Assembly: GCA_963725665.1 (NCBI GenBank)
Contig: CAVRZA010000001.1
Coordinates: 384,001-448,000 of the forward strand
Source of the DNA: an uncultured Actinomycetes bacterium
Lineage (GTDB): Bacteria > Actinomycetota > Thermoleophilia > UBA2241
DNA length: 64,000 nt
Reading direction: 5' to 3'
Below, one piece after another: positions 8,174 to 15,921 of this stretch (the stretch's first letter is position 1; every line of letters begins with the position of its first letter). Below the pieces are notes generated by a model. It saw only the letters and a list, made by a program, of their open reading frames with translations, was not told where the DNA came from and searched no databases. A program made the translations under genes and the position numbers.

Positions 8174-9550
8174 ATGACAGGGACCGTGGGCGAGCACGAC
8201 GTTGGCGCTCTCGAGGAGCAGTTCCTCGAGCACCTCTGGCCGCCCTTCACGCAGATGCAGGGCCTCAAGCCGGTTATCATCGAGCGCGGCGAGGGCGCCG
8301 TGGTCTACGACGCGCATGGCAAGCCTTACATCGACGCGTTCGCGAGCCTCTGGACGGTCAACGTGGGGCACGGGCGGCAGGAGATCATCGACGCCGTGGC
8401 TGCCCAGGGCAAGGAGCTCGCCTGTTACCACATGTTCGGCATCGCCAACCCGCCCTCGATCAAGCTGGCGGCCAAGATCGCTGAGCATCTGCCCGGTGAC
8501 CTCAACCACGTCTTCCTCACCCTGGGCGGCGGCGAGGCGGTGGAGACGGCCCTCAAGATCGCGCGCCAGTACTGGCGCAACAGGGGCAAGGGCGGCAAGT
8601 ACATGGTCTTCTACCGCGACCGCGCCTACCACGGCACGACCTTCGGCGTGACGAGCGCGCAGGGTCTGCCGCTCAACCGGCACAAGTTCGAGCCGCTGCT
8701 GCCCGGCTTCGTCAAGCTGGGCGCCCCGTACTGCTACCGCTGCGCCTGGGGCAAGACCTACGGCGAGTGCGCCATCGAGTGCGCAAAGGCCGTGGAGCAG
8801 GAGATTTCCTTCTACGGCGAGGAGAACGTCGGCACGCTACTGGGCGAGACGATGATCGGCACCGGCGGCGTCATCCCGCCGCCCCCGGAGTACTGGCCCC
8901 TGGTGCGCGAGATCTGCGACGCGCACGAGCTGCTGGTCATCAACGACGAGGTCATCACCGGGTTCGGGCGCGGCGGCACCTGGTTCGCATGCACGCAGTT
9001 CGGGAGCAAGCCCGACATGGTGACGATGGCCAAGGGTCTCTCGTCGGGTTACCTCCCTCTCGGCGCCGTCGGGGCCAGCGAAGGGGTGTTCGAGGCCTTC
9101 TTGGGCGAGCCCCTCGAGTTGAAGCAGTTCATGAGCGGTGCCACCTACCAGGGCCACCCGCTCTGCTCCGCCGCCGGCCTCGCCAACCTCGAGATCATCG
9201 AGCGCGAGAACCTGGTCGATCGCTGCCGCGAGCTGGGTCCGTACATGCAGGAGGGGCTGCGCAGCCTGCTCTCGCACGCCATCGTCGGCGATGTGCGCGG
9301 CATCGGCCTCGTGGCTGGCATCGAGTACGTGCAGGACAAGCAGACCAAGGAGTGGTTCCCGCCGGCGATCGGTGCCGCCGGCAAGGTGTTCGCCGAGGCC
9401 TTCCGGCGGGGCGTCTTCGTGCGCCTCCTGGGCGGCGGCAATGTGCACGCTATCGCGCCGCCGTTCATCATCAGTAAGGAGCAGATCGACACCATCGTGA
9501 GCGTGCTCGACGAGTCGATCGGCGTGGTCGAGATGGAGCTGGGCTACTAG
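8174..9550 (+). CDS. Class III PLP-dependent aminotransferase (omega-amine transaminase)
   Basis: GGEAVETALK, AYHG, DEVITGFGR, MAKGLSSGY (PLP lysine); GGAGG RBS. Confidence 0.92.
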   Translation: MTGTVGEHDVGALEEQFLEHLWPPFTQMQGLKPVIIERGEGAVVYDAHGKPYIDAFASLWTVNVGHGRQEIIDAVAAQGKELACYHMFGIANPPSIKLAAKIAEHLPGDLNHVFLTLGGGEAVETALKIARQYWRNRGKGGKYMVFYRDRAYHGTTFGVTSAQGLPLNRHKFEPLLPGFVKLGAPYCYRCAWGKTYGECAIECAKAVEQEISFYGEENVGTLLGETMIGTGGVIPPPPEYWPLVREICDAHELLVINDEVITGFGRGGTWFACTQFGSKPDMVTMAKGLSSGYLPLGAVGASEGVFEAFLGEPLELKQFMSGATYQGHPLCSAAGLANLEIIERENLVDRCRELGPYMQEGLRSLLSHAIVGDVRGIGLVAGIEYVQDKQTKEWFPPAIGAAGKVFAEAFRRGVFVRLLGGGNVHAIAPPFIISKEQIDTIVSVLDESIGVVEMELGY

Positions 9551-9608
9551 CCTCCCTGGGCGGCCAGCTGTCACTCGCGCAGCAGAGCGGAGCAAGAAAG
9601 GAAGAAGG

Positions 9609-11396
9609 ATGGTCCACGTGCTGAGGGTCGACCTGTCGACCCGCACCACTCGTGAGGAGACGCTGCCGGCAGAGCTGACGCGTGACTACATCGGCACGAA
9701 GGGGATCGGCAGCCACCTGCTGCTGCAGGAGGTGGACCCCGGCATCGACCCGCTCGGTCCCGACGCCAAGCTCATCTTCTCGGCCGGCCCCCTCTCGGGG
9801 TCGACCATGCCCGGTACGGACCGCTACGCAGTCTACTTCCTTTCGCCTCTTACGGGAGGTTACGGCGAGGCCTACTCGGGCGGTAAGGTGGCGACGCAGT
9901 TCGCCCGCACCGGCTTCCGTATGGTGGTACTCGAAGGGAAGGCGTCCTCTCCGGTCTTCATCGAGGTCTCCGACGAGAAGGTCGCGATCCACCCGGCGGA
10001 CGATCTCTGGGGACTCGACTGCTACGAGGCCGAGGACCGACTCCTCGAGCGCGTCGGCGTGAGGAACGCCCAGGCCTGCGTGATCGGACCCGCCGGCGAG
10101 AAGCTCGTGCGCTTCGCCTGCATCCAGAACAACCGCACGCACAGCCTCGGGCGCGGCGGATGCGGCGCCGTCATGGGCTCCAAGAACGTCAAGGGGCTCG
10201 TGTTCCACGGCTCGACGAGGCCGGAGGTGGCGCGCCCCGACGAGCTCAAGGCCCTGGTCAAGGAGATGATCGCCAACGGCAAGGACCACCCCAGCGTCGC
10301 GGCCTACAACGCCAAGGGCACGGTGCAGATGGTGCGCCTCACCAACGGGGTCTCGATGTTCCCCACCCGCTACTGGACCAAGGGGCATCTCGACGACTTC
10401 GAGCCGCTCTCAGCCGAGACGATGATGGAGAAGTACAAGGTCGGCAACACGACGTGTCCGCCCTGCTTCATCGCCTGCGGGCACGTCTGCCGGGTGCCAG
10501 ACGGCGAGCTCGCCGGCCTCGAGATCGACGGACCGGAGTACGAGACCATCTTCGCCTTCGGAGGCCTTTGCGAGGTCGTCGACTTCGGCTACGTCATGCT
10601 CTACAACGACATCTGCGATCGCCAGGGCGTCGACACGATGAGCGCCGGCAACCTGTGCGGGCTGGCCATCGAGGCGTCGCGGCGCGGGCTCATCGACGAG
10701 GAGCTCGACTTCGGCGACGCCAAAGGCGTGCAGCGCTTCCTCGAGAAGATGTGCCGCCGCGAGGGCGTCGGCGACCTGTTCGCGGAGGGCATCCTGGCGG
10801 TCCAGAAGGAGCTCGGCCTCGAAAGCGTGGCCGTGCACGTCAAGGGCATGGAGCCGGCGGGCTACGACCCGCGCCGCTCGCGGGGCATGGGCTTAGGCTA
10901 CGTCGTCTCGGCCCGCGGCGCCTGTCACGCGCGGGCGACGTTCATGAAGCCCGAGCTGGCCGGCCTCATCGACATCAACACCACCGTCGGCAAGGGGGCC
11001 ATGTACGTCGACTACGAGGACCGCATGGCGATCCTCGACTGCATGGTCTTCTGCCGCTTCTACCGCGACCTGCTCGAGTGGGAGTTCCTCGCGCGGATCG
11101 TCAACGCCGCGGTGGGCACCGACTACTCCGTCGAGGAGCTGAGAGCCGTCGCCAACCGCATCGTCACCGAGACACACCGCTTCAACGAGCTGCGCGGCAT
11201 CGGTGGGGAGTCAGAGCACCTGCCGGCGTGGATCATCGACAACCCTATCGAGCACCACGACGGTGAGAAGCTGACCATCAGCGAGGAGCAGATGGAGACG
11301 ATGCGCCGCGATTACTATGCGGCGCGCGGCTGGGGCGTCCCCGGGGCTGAGACCCGGGATCGATCGGGCCCGAGAGGGGAGGCGAGACGAGCATGA
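9609..11396 (+). CDS. aor: Aldehyde:ferredoxin oxidoreductase family protein (tungstopterin)
   Basis: SPLTG, IGPAGE, GRGGCGAVMGSKNVK, CxxCxxxC, GPEYET, DTMS, YDPR, RGACH. Confidence 0.92.
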   Translation: MVHVLRVDLSTRTTREETLPAELTRDYIGTKGIGSHLLLQEVDPGIDPLGPDAKLIFSAGPLSGSTMPGTDRYAVYFLSPLTGGYGEAYSGGKVATQFARTGFRMVVLEGKASSPVFIEVSDEKVAIHPADDLWGLDCYEAEDRLLERVGVRNAQACVIGPAGEKLVRFACIQNNRTHSLGRGGCGAVMGSKNVKGLVFHGSTRPEVARPDELKALVKEMIANGKDHPSVAAYNAKGTVQMVRLTNGVSMFPTRYWTKGHLDDFEPLSAETMMEKYKVGNTTCPPCFIACGHVCRVPDGELAGLEIDGPEYETIFAFGGLCEVVDFGYVMLYNDICDRQGVDTMSAGNLCGLAIEASRRGLIDEELDFGDAKGVQRFLEKMCRREGVGDLFAEGILAVQKELGLESVAVHVKGMEPAGYDPRRSRGMGLGYVVSARGACHARATFMKPELAGLIDINTTVGKGAMYVDYEDRMAILDCMVFCRFYRDLLEWEFLARIVNAAVGTDYSVEELRAVANRIVTETHRFNELRGIGGESEHLPAWIIDNPIEHHDGEKLTISEEQMETMRRDYYAARGWGVPGAETRDRSGPRGEARRA

Positions 11397-12760
11397 GCGG
11401 CGGAACCGGCGGCGGCCTCGTCCGGCTCGCGCTGCCCTACGGGCGCGGCGAGCAGCCGGTCGCCCTGCTCGATGACCGGCTGCTCGCCGTCGTGACGGGG
11501 GTCGCCGGCGCGGGCCAGGACGGCCACGCGGCCGGTGCACCCGACGAGCGCGCCGAGGTCGCTCGCGCGTTGCGCGAGCCGCTCGGCGCGCCGCCGCTCG
11601 CGACGCTGGCTCGGGAGGCGGCGTCAGCCGCCATCGTCGTGAGCGACGTCACGCGGCCCTGTCCGACCGCCCGCTTCTTGCCCGCTCTGCTCGATGAGCT
11701 CGCCGCCGTCGGCGACGAGGCGATCACGGTCATCTTCGCGCTCGGCAGCCATCGGCCGCACACGCGAGAAGAGCAGGAGGAGCTGGTCGGGCGCGAAGTG
11801 CTCGCGCGGGCGCGCGTGCTCGACCTCGACGCCGGCGATTGCACCTACGTGGGCACGACGAGCAGGGGCACGCGCGTGGAGGTCTTCCGTCCGTTCTTGG
11901 AGGCGGAGTTCAAGATCTGCACAGGCAACGTGGAATACCACTACTTCGCCGGCTTCAGCGGCGGGGTCAAAGCGGTCGTGCCCGGTCTCTGCTCGCGGGC
12001 GACGATCCAGGCGAACCACAGCATGATGCTCGCGCCCGCCGCGCGTGCCGGCGTCATCGAGGGCAATCCCGTGCGCGAGGACATCGACGAAGCCGGGGAG
12101 CTTCTCGGCGTCGGCTTTGCGTTCAACGTCGTCCTCGACGGGCGCAAGCGCATCGTGCGCGCCTTCGCCGGGCACCCGACCACGGCCTTCCGGGCCGCCG
12201 CCGCCTTCTACGACGAGCGCTTTGGCGTCACTGTGCCGGCGGCCGCCGACGTCGTGCTCGCCTCTCCCGGCGGCCGCCCCAAGGATATCAACCTCTACCA
12301 GGCGCAGAAGACCCTCGACAACGTGCGCGGCGCGGTGCGCAACGGCGGCGCCGTCATCCTGGTCGCCGAGTGCCCCGAGGGCTTCGGCGAGGCGACGTTC
12401 GAGCGCTGGATGCGCGAGATGACAACGCCGCAGGCGCTGGTCGAGCGCATCCAGCGCGAGTTCGTGCTGGGAGGCCACAAGGCGGCCGCCATCGCCGGCC
12501 TCTTGCGCACCGTCGACGTGTACCTCGTGTCGGCCTTCCCCGACGAGACGGTACGCCGGATGGGAATGACGCCGATGCCCCGCGCGCAGGCGGCGGTCGA
12601 GGCTGCGGCGGCCCGCTACGGGCCCGCCGCCACTTTCCTCGTCGTGCCGGACGGTACCAGGGTGAGCACCAGCGCCCAGGCGGGCAAGATACCGGCCCGG
12701 GCCTCGTCTTCTCCCGGCGCTGCCGCCTCCGAGTCGGTCGAGGCGGGAGCGGGGTCGTAG
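11393..12760 (+). CDS. larA: Nickel-pincer-dependent lactate racemase family protein
   Basis: VSDVTRP, ALGSHR, HYFAGFSGGVK, DINLYQAQK, AECPEG. Confidence 0.9.
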   Translation: MSGGTGGGLVRLALPYGRGEQPVALLDDRLLAVVTGVAGAGQDGHAAGAPDERAEVARALREPLGAPPLATLAREAASAAIVVSDVTRPCPTARFLPALLDELAAVGDEAITVIFALGSHRPHTREEQEELVGREVLARARVLDLDAGDCTYVGTTSRGTRVEVFRPFLEAEFKICTGNVEYHYFAGFSGGVKAVVPGLCSRATIQANHSMMLAPAARAGVIEGNPVREDIDEAGELLGVGFAFNVVLDGRKRIVRAFAGHPTTAFRAAAAFYDERFGVTVPAAADVVLASPGGRPKDINLYQAQKTLDNVRGAVRNGGAVILVAECPEGFGEATFERWMREMTTPQALVERIQREFVLGGHKAAAIAGLLRTVDVYLVSAFPDETVRRMGMTPMPRAQAAVEAAAARYGPAATFLVVPDGTRVSTSAQAGKIPARASSSPGAAASESVEAGAGS

Positions 12761-12889
12761 TGCCCGGGCAGCATAGCGGAGGGCGCCATGGCGGTGAGCG
12801 GCGAGCGAGACGGTGTCGCACGGGCCAGCGAATGAGACGTCTGGCCGCTCAGGGCCGGAGGTCCGACTGGGCGGTGTTCCGCCCGCGCG

Positions 12890-13591
12890 ATGGGAGATGA
12901 GCCTCAAACGATGACGGCGATCAGAAAGTTGGAGAGGGAGCGCGGCGTCAGGGTGCCGTTCGACGACCCGTTCACCAGTCTGCCCGAGACGGCGCAGAGG
13001 ATCCTCGCCGCCGCCTCGAAGCTGCTGGCGAAGCGCGGCTACGAGGCGGTGACGCTCGAGAACGTGGCCCGCGAGGCCGGCGTCAACAAGGCGACCATCC
13101 GCTACAATTTCGGCAACAAGGCCGGGCTGATGACCGCCATCGTCGACGGGCTCATCCACGACGAGTGCCTGCGCATGGCCGCCGACCTCGACACGGTCGA
13201 CCAGGACGACCGGTTGGCCGCGGCGATGGAGGGGATCGGCGGCATGATCGTGAGCGCCGACTCCTTCAAGGGCTTCTTCGAGGTGCTGCCGCACGCCTTC
13301 CGCGACGAGGACTTGCGGGTGCGCCTCTTCGCCCTCTATCGCTGGTGGTACGGGTTGAACCTCAAGTGGCTGGGCTTGCCCGACGAGATCGACGAGGACA
13401 CCAACTACTACATCGTAGGGTTGGCGGAGCTCATCGCCGCCATCCCCGACGGACTCTCGATCCAGGCAGGCCTCGACCCGGGACATTTCGACGTCGCGCG
13501 CCCTCTGGCGGCTCTCGAGCTCCTGCTGCGCAACTCGATGAAGGAGCTGCGAGCCCTGGCCGAGGAGCGCGGCGGACGATCGCCACGGTGA
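12890..13591 (+). CDS. TetR/AcrR family regulator
   Basis: HTH: GYEAVTLENVAREAGVNKATIRYNFGNKAGL. Confidence 0.9.
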   Translation: MGDEPQTMTAIRKLERERGVRVPFDDPFTSLPETAQRILAAASKLLAKRGYEAVTLENVAREAGVNKATIRYNFGNKAGLMTAIVDGLIHDECLRMAADLDTVDQDDRLAAAMEGIGGMIVSADSFKGFFEVLPHAFRDEDLRVRLFALYRWWYGLNLKWLGLPDEIDEDTNYYIVGLAELIAAIPDGLSIQAGLDPGHFDVARPLAALELLLRNSMKELRALAEERGGRSPR

Positions 13592-13642
13592 CCGGCGAGC
13601 CTCATCACCGCCCACCCTTCCCACCGCGCAAGGAGGTGCCGA

Positions 13643-15130
13643 GTGAGACGAAACCAACACGCCGGGCGCAGGGGTAGCGCCGGCGCGAGCCTCAACCTGC
13701 TGAGCGACGACGACCTCCACGACATCCACCTCGCCACGCTCGAGGTGTTGGGGAGGACCGGCGTCTGGGTGGAGGATGAGGATGCGCGTCGCGTCTTCGC
13801 CAGCGCCGGGGCAGACGTCGACGAGGCCACCGGGGTGGTGAAGATCCCCTCCTACGTGGTGGAGGAGGCGGTACGCTCGGCGCCGCCGAAGTTCGTCGCC
13901 GCCGGGCGCGACCCCGCCAGGGATTTCGTCCTCGAGGCCGACCGCGTCGGCTTCACCAACTTCGGCGAGGGCGTGAAGCTCGTCGACCCGTTCACCGGGG
14001 AGCTGCGCCTGCCGGTCAAACGGGACGTGGCCGACACGGCCCGCGTCGTCGACTACCTCTCTGACGTCGACGTCTACGAGCGGGCCATCACGGCCGAGGA
14101 TGTCCCTCCTGAGAGCGCGCCGCTCCACCAGGCCGAGGCCTGGATGAGCAACACCACGAAGCCGGGCTTCATGGGCCCCATGAACGGCTACTTGCTTGAA
14201 CGGATCGCACAGATGGCCGAGGCCGTGCAGGGAGGCCCCGAGAAGCTACGTCGACGCCCGCTCGTCACCTTCGTGACGTGCCCCGTGAGCCCCTTGAAGC
14301 TCATCCGGGACTGCTGCGAGATCATCATGGGCGCGGCCAGACGTGGTCTCGGGGTGAACATCCTCTCGATGGCCATGGCAGGCGGATCCTCACCGGTCAC
14401 CCTGGCGGGGACCCTCGTCACCCACAACGCCGAGGTCCTGAGCGGCATCACGCTCAACCAGCTCACGAAGAAAGGGTCGCCGGTCGTCTACGGCAGCTCC
14501 ACCACGGCGATGGACCTGCGTTTCGCGGCCGCCTCGGTGGGCTCGCCGGAGTGCGCGCTGATCGGCGCCGCCGTCGCCCAACTGGCGCGCTTCTACCTGC
14601 TCCCCAGCTGGGTCGCCGGTGCGTAGGGGGACACCAAAGTGGTCGATGCCCAGAGCGGGCACGAGAAGACCCTGACCGCCTTGCTGCCAGCGTTGGCAGG
14701 CGCCAACCTGATCTACGGTCTGGGGATGATCGAGTCGGGCATGACCTTCGATTTCGGGCAGCTCGTCATGGACAACGAGTTCGCGCGCATGATCAAGTTC
14801 GCCGTCGGCGGCATCCCGGTGAACGACGAGACGCTGGCTGTGGACGTCATCGCGGAGGTGGGCGCCTTTGGGGACTTCCTCGGCCACGAGCACACGATGA
14901 AGCACATGCGCGAGCAGTCCCCGTCGGCGCTCCTCGACCGGCGCGTGCGCGAGGACTGGGAGGCCTCGGGGTCGACGACCCTCTACGACCGGGCGACCGC
15001 CAAGGCGCGTGAGATCCTCGAAAGCTATCGGCCCGAGCCGCTGCCCGAGAGCGTGGCCGCCGAGATGCGCGACATCATCGCCGACGCCGAGAAGGACCTG
15101 GGCGTGACGACTACCGTGGGGAGGGTGTGA
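13643..15130 (+). CDS. mttB: Trimethylamine:corrinoid methyltransferase MttB, 495 aa, with in-frame amber codon (predicted pyrrolysine) at 14624-14626
   Basis: ORFs 13643-14626 and 14639-15130 share a frame and are separated by a single TAG (SWVAGA-*-GDTKVVDAQSGHEKT). MttB motifs SPL, MAMAGGSSPVTLAG, HNAEVL, GANLIYG and DNE are present. Confidence 0.92.
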
Positions 15131-15780
15131 TGTCCACCGCAGACTACCAGCGCCTCTCCGAGCTCATCATCGCCGGCGAGATGGAGGGCGCCAAGGCGCT
15201 CACCGAGCAGCTCCTCGCCCAGGGTCTTCCCGGGCGCGAGGTCCTCGATGGCGGCCTTCTGCCCGGCATGGAGGTCGTGGGCGCGCGCATGAAGGCCGGC
15301 GAGTGCTTCATCCCCGAGGTGCTCCTCTCTGCACGCACCATGCAGGGCTGCCTGGACCTCATCAAGCCCCACCTGGCGGCCGGCGACTCAGGCTCGGCCG
15401 GTACGGTGCTCATCGGCACCGTCGAGGGCGACGTGCACGACATCGGCAAGAACCTAGTCGCCATGCTGCTCGAGGGGGCCGGCTTCTCGGTCGTCAACTT
15501 GGGGGCCCAGATCAGCCCCGCCGCCTTCCTTGCCGCCGTTCGCGAGCACTCACCGCAGATCCTCGGCATGAGCGGTCTTCTGACCACCACCATCCCCAAG
15601 ATGGCCGACACCATCAAGCTGCTCAAGGACGAGGGCTTACGAGACGCCGTCAAGGTGATGGTCGGCGGCGCCCCGGTCACGCAGCGCTTCGCCGATGAGA
15701 TCGGCGCCGACGCCTACGGCGCCAACGCCGCCGCCGCCGTGGAGAAGGCCAAGGCGTTGCTGGGGACCCAGAGGGCGTAG
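15130..15780 (+). CDS. mttC: Cognate corrinoid (B12-binding) protein
   Basis: FIPEVLLSA cap domain, GTVEGDVHDIGKN (DxHxxG), SGLLTTT, VGGAPV. Confidence 0.92.
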   Translation: MSTADYQRLSELIIAGEMEGAKALTEQLLAQGLPGREVLDGGLLPGMEVVGARMKAGECFIPEVLLSARTMQGCLDLIKPHLAAGDSGSAGTVLIGTVEGDVHDIGKNLVAMLLEGAGFSVVNLGAQISPAAFLAAVREHSPQILGMSGLLTTTIPKMADTIKLLKDEGLRDAVKVMVGGAPVTQRFADEIGADAYGANAAAAVEKAKALLGTQRA

Positions 15781-15814
15781 GCGGGGGGCTCAGCCCCGGG
15801 AGCTTGCGAGGCGA

Positions 15815-15862
15815 CGGGGCGGGGGCGCTTCTCCCGCGCGCGGGAGAAGCGCCCCCGCCCCG
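15815..15862. terminator. Perfect 48-bp palindrome after mttC (terminator-like hairpin)
   Basis: CGGGGCGGGGGCGCTTCTCCCGCG followed directly by its exact reverse complement; no U-tract. Confidence 0.65.
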
Positions 15863-15921
15863 CTCCGTGCCCCTCGCCGGCGGCTCTCACTCCTTGCCCT
15901 CCACCCGGTATGCTGGTCGGC

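Noticed and set aside
11624-14128. Long antisense/alternate-frame ORFs (this 834-aa one, 53119-55500, 51573-53219 and many others)
   Set aside because: Shadows of real genes caused by high-GC codon bias; no recognisable motifs.
14627-14700. PYLIS hairpin after the amber codon
   Set aside because: Only short weak stems are visible, and such elements are not required for Pyl insertion.
14639-15130. Separate 163-aa ORF, or mttB as a pseudogene
   Set aside because: Same frame as the upstream ORF, and the TAG falls at the Pyl position; best read as one recoded gene.
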